The position numbers were made by a program, and so were the translations under genes. 64,000 nt of DNA, from positions 9,672,001 to 9,736,000 of the forward strand of contig OZ024762.1 in assembly GCA_964016885.1 (NCBI GenBank), written 5' to 3'. The notes below the pieces were generated by a model. The model had not been told where the DNA came from and ran no database searches. It worked only from the letters and a program-made list of their open reading frames with translations. Every line of letters starts with the position of its first letter. The first letter of the stretch is position 1. Of the stretch, positions 13,797 to 25,200 are shown one piece after another. This stretch comes from Eledone cirrhosa. Taxonomy: Eukaryota.

Positions 13797-15173
13797 TTAA
13801 CCCTTTCATTACCATATTTCTAATGGAAAACACTGTCTATGTCTTTAACCCTTTCATTACCATATTTCTAATGAAAGACACTGTCTATGTTTAACCCTTT
13901 CATTGCCATATTTCTAATGAAAGACACTGTCTATGTTTAACCCTTTCAATACCATATTTCTAATGAAAGACACTGTCTATGTTTAACCCTTTCAATACCA
14001 TATTTCTAATGAAAGACACTGTCTATGTTTAACCCTTTCATTGCCATATTTCTAATGAAAGACACTGTCTATGTTTAACCCTTTCAATACCATATTTCTA
14101 ATGAAAGACACTGTCTATGTTTAACCCTTTCAATACCATATTTCTAATGAAAGACACTGTCTATGTTTAACCCTTTCATTGCCATATTTCTAATGAAAGA
14201 CACTGTCTATGTTTAACCCTTTCATTGCCATATTTCTAATGAAAGACACTGTCTATGTTTAACCCTTTCATTGCCATATTTCTAATGAAAGACACTGTCT
14301 ATGTTTAACCCTTTCATTGCCATATTTCTAATGAAAGACACTGTCTATGTTTAACCCTTTCATTGCCATATTTCTAATGAAAGACACTGTCTATGTTTAA
14401 CTCTTCCATTACCATATTTCTAATGAAAGACACTGTCTATGTCTTTAACCCCTTCATTACCATATTTCTAATGAAAGACACTGTCTATGTTTAACCCTTT
14501 CATTGCCATATTTCTAATGAAAGACACTGTCTATGTTTAACCCTTTCATTGCCATATTTCTAATGAAAGACACTGTCTATGTTTAACCCTTTCAATACCA
14601 TATTTCTAATGAAAGACACTGTCTATGTTTAACCCTTTCATTGCCATATTTCTAATGAAAGACACTGTCTATGTTTAACCCTTTCATTGCCATATTTCTA
14701 ATGAAAGACACTGTCTATGTTTAACCCTTTCATTGCCATATTTCTAATGAAAGACACTGTCTATGTTTAACCCTTTCATTACCATATTTCTAATGAAAGA
14801 CACTGTCTATGTTTAACTCTTTCATTGCCATATTTCTAATGAAAGACACTGTCTATGTTTAACCCTTTCATTGCCATATTTCTAATGAAAGACACTGTCT
14901 ATGTTTAACCCTTTCATTACCATATTTCTAATGAAAGACACTGTCTATGTTTAACCCTTTCATTGCCATATTTCTAATGAAAGACACTGTCTATGTTTAA
15001 CTCTTCCATTACCATATTTCTAATGAAAGACACTGTCTATGTTTAACCCTTTCATTACCATATTTCTAATGAAAGACACTGTCTATGTTTAACTCTTCCA
15101 TTACCATATTTCTAATGAAAGACACTGTCTATGTTTAACCCTTTCATTACCATATTTCTAATGAAAGACACTG
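13797..15173. repeat. 46-bp minisatellite, about 30 copies
   Basis: Unit TTAACCCTTTCA(T/A)T(A/G)CCATATTTCTAATGAAAGACACTGTCTATGT; period 46 (13891 to 13937). Confidence 0.97.
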
Positions 15174-15387
15174 CCTAGTATTTTCGGGCAATTTTGAAAA
15201 TAATCAAGAATTTGGAGTGATTTAGTAATACAACTTTCCTATCAAATAATCTTGTGTTTGGAACATCAATCAACAATTTGAACTGTCCTATTGAATCTAT
15301 AATATTATTTTCTGTAAAGTATGGAGTGGTGTGAGCCCTGGTAGGGCTTCTATGTTCTTGTTCATTCTTTTTTATCACACCTAGTGC

Positions 15388-15581
15388 TAGACCTGTCAAC
15401 CCCCAACTGACGGGCAGATCTCCCCGTTCTGGATCATTTCTCCCCATCTCCCCATTTTTAAGAAAATGGGTATAGCTTTCATTATGTAAAATCTCCCCAT
15501 TTTGCCTCATTTCTCCCCCATTTTTGGGGTACCTTTTTTCATGGTACTCCATGTTAGGGTTTTTATAGGTTGGCAGATCTG
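15388..15581. mobile_element. hAT-type MITE, 194 bp
   Basis: 8-bp TSD CCTAGTGC (15380-87, 15582-89); TIR TAGACCTGTCAACC / GGTTGGCAGATCTG; repeated internal TCTCCCC motifs. Confidence 0.88.
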
Positions 15582-15634
15582 CCTAGTGCTCTGATTATGT
15601 TTGGAAGAGTTTTTACCTTCATACCCCACAACCC

Positions 15635-16763
15635 CACATTGAGGCAATGACTCAGGACCATGACCTCTGGCGCTCTGCAGTTTTACAGAAGACCCGCCCT
15701 CTATTATTCTCAGGATGAGGTTTATACCTAGTAGGCAACACCTTCCTCAACCTTCTATTCCCTCTCATTCACTTCCATTAGCGGTAAAGTAGATGTGTAA
15801 AAGACATGGGAAAAAGCACCCATCCCACACTGTAAAGTAGATGTGTAAAAGACATGGGAAAAAGCACCCAGCCCACACTGTAAAGTAGATGTGTAAAAGA
15901 CATGGGAAAAAGCACCCAGCCCACACTGTAAAGTAGATGTGTAAAAGACATGGGAAAAAGCACCCAGCCCACACTGTAAAGTAGATGTGTAAAAGACATG
16001 GGAAAAAGCACCCAGCCCACACTGTAAAGTAGATGTGTAAAAGACATGGGAAAAAGCACCCAGCCCACACTTTAAAGTAGATGTGTAAAAGACATGGGAA
16101 AAAGCACCCAGCCCACACTGTAAAGTAGATGTGTAAAAGACATGGGAAAAAGCACCCAGCCCACACTGTAAAGTAAATGTGTAAAAGACATGGGAAAAAG
16201 CACCCAGCCCACACTGTAAAGTAGATGTGTAAAAGACATGGGAAAAAGCACCCAGCCCACACTGTAAAGTAGATGTGTAAAAGACATGGGAAAAAGCACC
16301 CAGCCCACACTGTAAAGTAGATGTGTAAAAGACATGGGAAAAAGCACCCAGCCCACACTGTAAAGTAGATGTGTAAAAGACATGGGAAAAAGCACCCAGC
16401 CCACACTGTAAAGTAGATGTGTAAAAGACATGGGAAAAAGCACCCAGCCCACACTGTAAAGTAGATGTGTAAAAGACATGGGAAAAAGCACCCAGCCCAC
16501 ACTGTAAAGTAGATGTGTAAAAGACATGGGAAAAAGCACCCAGCCCACACTGTAAAGTGGACGTTTTAAAAGATACGGCAAAAAGCACCCAACTCACACT
16601 GTCAATGTGGTTGGCATTAGGAAGGGCACCCAGCCGTAGAAAACCAGCCAGAAACTCTCCTATATGAGTGAAACATCCGACCCAACTTGCCTCTAAATGG
16701 GAAAAAAACCTGTGTAACCCATGCTAGCGTGGAAGATAGACGTTAATCGATGATGATGATGAT
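15635..16763 (+). mobile_element. RTE 3' end whose UTR holds an expanded 48-bp array (15785-16560, about 16 copies)
   Basis: EAMTQDHDLWRSAVLQKTRP remnant; unit CACTGTAAAGTAGATGTGTAAAAGACATGGGAAAAAGCACCCAGCCCA; then TTAGGAAGGGCAC, CCATGCTAGCGTGG and (GAT)n. Confidence 0.85.
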
Positions 16764-16949
16764 TATTAGAACATGTGATAGATTGCTTTAAGGCATTAGT
16801 TCTGTCTCTCCGTGATCTCGGTTCAAAGTGCAACTGAGGTCAACATTGCCTTTCATCCTTTCACGGTCAATAAAAAAATGTATCAGTCAGGCACTGGTGT
16901 CAACTCTTCCTCTATATCTCTTTCTCACTTCTCTTTCATTCAAGAAAGA

Positions 16950-17473
16950 AATTAACCTCGACGGAATCTGAACTCAAACCATAAAAGGGCGTAACTCTAT
17001 GCCGCAAAGAATGGCATCTGACCCTCTACCGATACTGCCAATCCACATTTCCATTGCCAATCCACATAATATTAATTGTTTCTACTTTTGGCACAAGGCC
17101 AGCAATTATCCCAGTGTATTACTGGTACTTTGTTTTATTGACTCCCGTAAGGATGAAAGGCAAAGTTAACCTCGGCCTTTCATCCTTACGGGGGTCGATA
17201 AAATAATAATAATAATTGTTTCTACTTTAGGCACAAGGCCAGCAATTACCCAGTGCATCACTGGTACTTTATTTTATCGACCCCCGTAAGGATGAAAGGC
17301 AAAGTTAACCTCGGCGGGATTTGAACTCAGATCGTAAAGGGACGTAACTCTATGCTGGAAAGCATGACGTCCGACCCTCTACCGATACTGCCAATCCACA
17401 ATAATAATTGTTTCTACTTTAGGCACAAGGCCAGCAATCACCCAGTGCATTACTGGTACTTTATTTTATCGAC
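16950..17473 (-). mobile_element. Cluster of family-B SINE copies and fragments
   Basis: Repeated TTGTTTCTACTTT.GGCACAAGGCCAGC..ACTGGTACTTT..GGATGAAAGGCAAAGTTAACCTCGGC. Confidence 0.85.
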
Positions 17474-17694
17474 ATAATAATAAATTCTTATGACTAATAT
17501 TGTTATTACTTCTGCTACTAATGCCATCATAATTACTGTGTGAAATGAACCTTGTTCCTCAGTATAGAAAGACACAAGATAAACCTAGCCACTCCCTCTG
17601 CCAGTCTCTTGTTATCATAGCCAAGGAGTTACACAGTTCATGTGTTGAAGAAGAGAGCAAGGTCAAGCATACAACTTTCTATAATTCAGTTCGA

Positions 17695-17871
17695 TACATA
17701 TACACACACACACACATATATATATATATACACACACACACACTTATACACACATATACACACACATATACACACACACATATACACACACACACACATA
17801 TATATATATATACACACACACTTATACACATATACACACACATATATACACACACATACACACACACATAT

Positions 17872-17926
<55 letters not shown>

Positions 17927-19680
17927 TATACACACATATACACACATATATACACACACATATACACGCACACACATACACACACACATATAAACACACA
18001 TATATATATATATACACACTTACATGCACAGCAACACACATGCACAGCTACACACACATGCACAGCTACACACACACATACACAGCTACACACACACATG
18101 CACAGCTACACACACACACATGCACAGCTACACACACAAACACACACATGGAGACACTTGAAAACACACACACACACATACATACTTTTAAAAAAAACAG
18201 ATACAGCTATATACACACACACACACATTACACAAACGCCTATATATATATACACACATTAATAACACTACACATGCATCTATGCGCACACACACTTTCT
18301 CTTAACACATACACCTCTATGTACACACACACATACACTTCTTGCTTTCTCTCTCTCTCTCTACACACACACATCTCTCTACACACACACATACCTCTCC
18401 ACACACACACACACACACACATCTCTACACACACATACACACCTCCTCCCCCCTCTCTTAATCTATACTCACACCTCTCTCTCGCCACCTCACTCTCCAT
18501 CTCTCTCCTACACACACATCTCTCTCCTACACACACCTCTCCCACTCTCTCCACACACACATCTCTTTCCCTCTCTCTCTCTCTCCACACACACATCTCT
18601 TTCCCTCTCTCTCTCTCTCCACACACATCTCTCTCCCTCTCTCTCTCTCTCTCCACACACATCTCTTTTCCTCTCTGTCTCTCTCCACACACATTTCTCT
18701 CCCTCTCTCTCTCTCTCTCTCCACACACATCTCTTTTCCTCTCTGTCTCTCTCTTCATACACATCTCTCTACCTCTCTCTCTTTCCCTCTCTACCTCTCT
18801 CCCTCCCCCTCTCTCTCCACACACCATCTGTTTCTCTCTCTCTCCCTCTCTCTCTCTCTCCACACACCATCTGTTTCTCTCTCTCTCCCTCTCTCTCTCT
18901 CTCCACACACCATCTGTTTCTCTCTCTCTCCCTCTCTCTCCTTCTCTCTCTCCACACACCATCTGTTTCTCTCTCTCTCCCTCCTCTCTCTCTCTCTCCC
19001 TCCTCTCTCTCTCTCTCCACACACCATCTGTTTCTCTCTCTCTCCCTCTCTCTCCTCTCTCTCTCTCTCCACACACCATCTGTTTCTCTCTCTCTCCCTC
19101 TCTCTCTCTCTACACACACCATCTGTTTCTCTCTCTCCCTCTCTCTCTCTCCACACACCATCTGTTTCTCTCTCTCTCCCTCTCTCTCTCTCTCCACACA
19201 CCATCTGTTTCCCTCTCTCCCTCTCCCACACACCATCTGTTTCTCTCTCTTTCCCTCTCTCCACACACCATCTGTTTCTCTCTCTCTCCCTCTCTCCACA
19301 CACCATCTGTTTCTCTCTCTCTCTCCCTCTCTCTCCCTCTCCACACACCATCTTTTTCTCTCTCTCTCTCCCTCTCTCTCTCTCTCCACACACCATCTAA
19401 TTCTCTCTCTCCCTCTTTCCCTCTCTCCACACACCATCTGTTTCTCTCTCTCTCTCTCTCTCTCCCTCTCCACACACCATCTGTTTCTCTCTCTCTCTCT
19501 CTCTCTCCCTCTCCACACACCATCTGTTTCTCTCTCTCTCTCTCTCTCTCCCTCTCCACACACCATCTTTTTCTCTCTCTCTCTCCCTCTCTCTCTCTCC
19601 AACCACCATCTGATTCTCTCTCTCTCTCCCCCTCTCTCCACACACCATCTGTTTCTCTCTCTTTCCCTCTCTCTACACAC
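17695..19680. repeat. (CA/TA)n then (CT)n-rich tract with CCACACACCATCTGTTTCTC minisatellite
   Basis: Seen directly. Confidence 0.93.
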
Positions 19681-19802
19681 CTTTATACACCAACAACAAC
19701 AACAACAACAACACTATCACTAAGAAGACAAGCTGACCTAAATATCAGTCAGATGGGAAATAAATCTCAGTTGCTCCTGGCTTCTGGTGATTATTAAACT
19801 TA

Positions 19803-19997
19803 GCGGTGGATTGGCAGTATCGGTAGAGGGTCGGACGCCATGCTTTCTAGCATAGAGTTACGGCCCTTGCCATTCTGAGTTCAAATCCCGCCGAGGTTAA
19901 CTTTGCCTTTCATCCTTACGGGGGGTCGATAAAATAAAGTACCAGTAATGTACTGGGTAATTTCTGGCCTTGTGCCAAAAAGTAGAAACAATTATTA
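19803..19997 (+). mobile_element. Full-length family-B SINE
   Basis: A-box TGGCAGTATCGG, B-box GTTCAAATCCC, core GCCTTTCATCCTTACGGGGGGTCGATAAAATAAAGTACCAG, ATTATT tail. Confidence 0.9.
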
Positions 19998-20011
19998 AAC
20001 TTACTGATGAA

Positions 20012-20698
20012 ATTTTATAGGATTAATAAGCCACTCATATCATTTATGGCTCTCAGGGAATTTCCCCCAGTATCTTACTGGTATTTTATAGGATTAATAA
20101 GCCACTCATATCATTTATGGCTCTCAGGGAATTTCCCCCAGTATCTTACTGGTATTTTATAGGATTAATAAGCCACTCATATCATTTATGGCTCTCAGGG
20201 AATTTTCCCCAGTATCTTACTGGTATTTTATAGGATTAATAAGCCACTCATATCATTTATGGCTCTCAGGGAATTTCCCCCAGTATCTTACTGGTATTTT
20301 ATAGGATTAATAAGCCACTCATATCATTTATGGCTCTCAGGGAATTTCCCCAGTATCTTACTGGTATTTTATAGGATTAATAAGCCTCTCATATCATTTA
20401 TAGATCTCGGAAGGGGGGGGGGGGATTTCCCCCCAGTATGTCACTGGTACTTTGTAGGATTAATAAGCCTCTCATATCATTTATGGCTCTTAGGGAATTT
20501 ACACCAGTATTCCACTGGTACTTTATAGGATTGATAGGTCACTGATATCATTTATGGCTCCCAGGGAATTTACCCCAGTATGTCACTGGTATTTTATAGG
20601 ATTAATAAGCCTCACATACCATTTATGGCTCGTGGGGGTGGGGGTGGGGGAATCCCCCCCCCCCCCCAGCATCTTACTGGTACTTTATCGGATTAATA
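20012..20698. repeat. 71-bp minisatellite, about 9 copies
   Basis: Period 71 (20020 to 20091); copies degrade rightwards. Confidence 0.93.
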
Positions 20699-20793
20699 GA
20701 TCACTGAAGGTAAACAGAAATAACAACACAATCAGAACAGTATATGGAAGGAATATATTAGGTTAATACTTGAAATAGCAGGAAGAGAGAGGG

Positions 20794-20830
20794 TCTTAAC
20801 GTTTCGGACGCTAGTCCTTCATCAGAAGAA
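20794..20830 (-). ncRNA. Minimal type-I hammerhead ribozyme motif (Penelope-like context 20705-20850)
   Basis: TCTT-CTGATGA-A-GGAC-TAGC-GTCC-GAAA-CG-TT-AAGA; palindromic ACGT stem III. Confidence 0.8.
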
Positions 20831-20994
20831 AGAATGAGAAATTAGAAAGATTGTGTAATGTGTTGTCTAGGGAAAGAAAAGGTCGATAAACACTCAAAAT
20901 AAAACGTAAAATATAATTTCAAAAAAGAGAGAGCGCCCTATACGGTAAATTGTTGTTAATAATTTAGCGTTAAAAAAAAAATATATATATATAT

Positions 20995-21220
20995 GGAGGC
21001 ACATGGCTTAGTGGTTAGAGCATTGGCCTTGCAATCGAAAGGTTGTGAGTTCAATTCTCGGACCAGGTGATGTGTTGTTTCCTTGAGCAAGACACTTTAT
21101 TTCACATTGCAAAGTGGTCGTGGAGGTGCCACGGCAAAAAAGCACCCAGCACTCACTGTAAATGAGGTTGGTGTTAGGAAGGGCATCCAGCTGTAGAAAT
21201 CAAGCCAGAATCAGTTCCCT
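20995..21220 (+). mobile_element. Family-A SINE, internally deleted
   Basis: Head intact; deletion junction CACATTGC|AAAGTGG. Confidence 0.88.
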
Positions 21221-21560
21221 CTGAGTTCTCTCTCCTCACATAATTATCTCACATAATATTGAATCTATGAGATTTTGAAAGTATTTATTTTGAGAACAAT
21301 ACTTTAACATCAGTTTGAGTGACCAGTTACAGCCAATTTCAACAGAAAAAGGTAGAGAATTCTGGCCGGTTTTGGCCGGTTAGAACATTAAAGTGTTAAT
21401 CCTTTAGTGAAAGCATGTGGCTTTGTGGTTAGAATGTTGAACTCATAATCATGAGGTTATGAGTTTGATTCCCAGACCAAGCGGCATGTTGTATCCTTGA
21501 GCAAGACACTTTGGTTCACATTGCTCCAGTTCATTCAGCTTGAAAGAAACTGCCAATGAC

Positions 21561-21783
21561 ACTGATTCTGGCTTGATTTCTACAGCTGGATGCCCTTCCT
21601 AACACCAACCTCATTTACAGTGAGTACTGGGTGCTTTTTTGCCGTGGCACCTCCACGACCACTTTGCAATGTGAAATAAAGTGTCTTGCTCAAGGAAACA
21701 ACACATCACCTGGTCCGAGAATTGAACTCACAACCTTTCGATTGCAAGGCCAATGCTCTAACCACTAAGCCATGTGCCTCCAT
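21561..21783 (-). mobile_element. Family-A SINE, inverted duplicate of 20995-21220
   Basis: Same deletion, same CTCGGACCAGG variant, same 5' flank. Confidence 0.88.
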
Positions 21784-22211
21784 ATATATTTTTTTTTTTT
21801 TTTTAACGCTAAATTATTAACAACAATTTACCGTATTTGCCGGCATATTGGACGCTCTCTCTTTTTTGAAATTATATTTTACGTTTTATTTTGATGTTTA
21901 TAGGCATTTTTATGGACTACATCCAATATTCTTGGATTTTCACTCTTCGTGGGTGCTCTAGGAAAGTAACCCCCCACAAATACCGGGGGGGGGGGGGGCA
22001 ACTTTATATTCGTGTTGTTAAAGTGATACATACAACAGAAGTTTGGCAGTAACCAAACAAATATACAGTACAAATACTTCAACTATAAAACTTTTAACTA
22101 TGTTGTCTAAGCTCTCAACTCTAATACAACATGGCAACTAAATCACTTGGTAAATTGACAAGTGGTGTTGTGTTTAAACTGATAAGAATATGACTATTGA
22201 CACTGGTTTCA

Positions 22212-25200
22212 GACTACAGCAATGATACAGCTACTGGTACTAGCTTGGTACTACAGCAATGATACAGCTACTGGTACTAGCTTGGTACTACAGTAATGAT
22301 ACAGCTATTGGTACTAGCTTGGTACTACAGTAATGATACAGCTACTGGTACTAGCTTGGTACTACAGTAATGATACAGCTATTGGTACTAGCTTGGTACT
22401 ACAGTAATGATATAGCTATTGGTACTGCCTTGGTACTACAGTAATGATACAGCTATTGGTACTGCCTTGGTACTACAGTAATGATACAGCTATTGGTACT
22501 GCCTTGGTACTACAGTAATGATACAGCTATTGGTACTGACTTGGTACTACAGTAATGATACAGCTACTGGTACTAGCTTGGTACTACAGTAATGATACAG
22601 CTATTGGTACTAGCTTGGTACTACAGTAATGATACAGCTACTGGTACTAGCTTGGTACTACAGTAATGATACAGCTATTGGTACTAGCTTGGTACTACAG
22701 TAATGATACAGCTATTGGTACTGCCTTGGTACTACAGTAATGATATAGCTATTGGTACTGCCTTGGTACTACAGTAATGATACAGCTATTGGTACTGCCT
22801 TGGTACTACAGTAATAATACAGCTATTGGTACTGACTTGGTACTACAGTAATGATACAGCTATTGGTACTGCCTTGGTACTACAGTAATGATACAGCTAT
22901 TGGTACTGCCTTGGTACTACAGTAATGATACAGCTATTGGTACTGCCTTGGTACTACAGTAATGATACAGCTATTGGTACTGCCTTGGTACTACAGTAAT
23001 GATACAGCTATTGGTACTGCCTTGGTACTACAGTAATGATACAGCTATTGGTACTGACTTGGTACTACAGTAATGATACAGCTATTGGTACTGCCTTGGT
23101 ACTACAGTAATGATACAGCTATTGGTACTGCCTTGGTACTACAGTAATGATACAGCTATTGGTACTGCCTTGGTACTACAGTAGTACTACAGCTATTGGT
23201 ACTGACTTGGTACTACAGTAATAATACAGCTATTGGTACTGCCTTGGTACTACAGTAATGATACAGCTATTGGTACTGACTTGGTACTACAGTAATGATA
23301 CAGCTATTGGTACTAGCTTGGTACTACAGTAATAATACAGCTATTGGTACTGCCTTGGTACTACAGTAATAATACAGCTATTGGTACTGCCTTGGTACTA
23401 CAGTAATAATACAGCTATTGGTACTGACTTGGTACTACAGTAATCATACAGCTATTGGTACTGACTTGGTACTACAGTAATAATACAGCTATTGGTACTA
23501 GCTTGGTACTACAGTAATGATACAGCTATTGGTACTAGCTTGGTACTACAGTAATGATACAGCTACTGGTACTAGCTTGGTACTACAGTAATCATACAGC
23601 TATTGGTACTAGCTTGGTACTACAGTAATGATACAGCTATTGGTACTGACTTGGTACTACAGTAATGATATAGCTATTGGTACTAGCTTGGTACTACAGC
23701 AATGATACAGCTATTGGTACTGACTTGGTACTACAGTAATAATACAGCTATTGGTACTGCCTTGGTACTACAGTAATGATACAGCTATTGGTACTAGCTT
23801 GGTACTACAGTAATGATACAGCTATTGGTACTGACTTGGTACTACAGTAGTACTACAGCTATTGGTACTGACTTGGTACTACAGTAATGATACAGCTATT
23901 GGTACTGCCTTGGTACTACAGTAATGATATAGCTATTGGTACTGCCTTGGTACTACAGTAATGATACAGCTACTGGTACTAGCTTGGTACTACAGCAATG
24001 ATACAGCTACTGGTACTGACTTGGTACTACAGTAGTACTACAGCTATTGGTACTGACTTGGTACTACAGTAGTACTACAGCTATTGGTACTGACTTGGTA
24101 CTACAGTAATGATACAGCTACTGGTACTAGCTTGGTACTACAGCAATGATACAGCTACTGGTACTGACTTGGTACTACAGTAGTACTACAGCTATTGGTA
24201 CTGACTTGGTACTACAGTAGTACTACAGCTATTGGTACTGACTTGGTACTACAGTAATGATACAGCTACTGGTACTAGCTTGGTACTACAGCAATGATAC
24301 AGCTACTGGTACTGACTTGGTACTACAGTAGTACTACAGCTATTGGTACTGACTTGGTACTACAGTAGTACTACAGCTATTGGTACTGACTTGGTACTAC
24401 AGTAATGATACAGCTACTGGTACTAGCTTGGTACTACAGCAATGATACAGCTACTGGTACTGACTTGGTACTACAGTAGTACTACAGCTATTGGTACTGA
24501 CTTGGTACTACAGTAGTACTACAGCTATTGGTACTGACTTGGTACTACAGTAATGATACAGCTACTGGTACTAGCTTGGTACTACAGCAATGATACAGCT
24601 ACTGGTACTGACTTGGTACTACAGTAGTACTACAGCTATTGGTACTGACTTGGTACTACAGTAGTACTACAGCTATTGGTACTGACTTGGTACTACAGTA
24701 ATAATACAGCTACTGGTACTAGCTTGGTACTACAGTAATGATACAGCTATTGGTACTGACTTGGTACTACAGTAGTACTACAGCTATTGGTACTGACTTG
24801 GTACTACAGTAATAATACAGCTATTGGTACTGACTTGGTACTACAGTAATGATACAGCTATTGGTACTGCCTTGGTACTACAGTAATGATATAGCTATTG
24901 GTACTAGCTTGGTACTACAGCAATGATACAGCTATTGGTACTGACTTGGTACTACAGTAATGATACAGCTATTGGTACTGCCTTGGTACTACAGTAATGA
25001 TATAGCTATTGGTACTGCCTTGGTACTACAGTAATGATACAGCTATTGGTACTGCCTTGGTACTACAGTAATAATACAGCTATTGGTACTGACTTGGTAC
25101 TACAGTAATGATACAGCTATTGGTACTGCCTTGGTACTACAGTAATGATACAGCTATTGGTACTAGCTTGGTACTACAGTAATGATACAGCTATTGGTAC

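Noticed and set aside
15755-16597. 16-aa repeat protein ORFs (also 53809-54537 and 1095-1564)
   Set aside because: 48-bp non-coding units happen to be stop-free in several frames; two of the arrays derive from a retroposon UTR
19732-19765. Second AG|GT recursive-like site (TAG|GTCAGC, minus strand)
   Set aside because: Weak donor and short interrupted pyrimidine tract
17545-19797. 750-aa ORF
   Set aside because: Almost entirely CA/CT microsatellite translation
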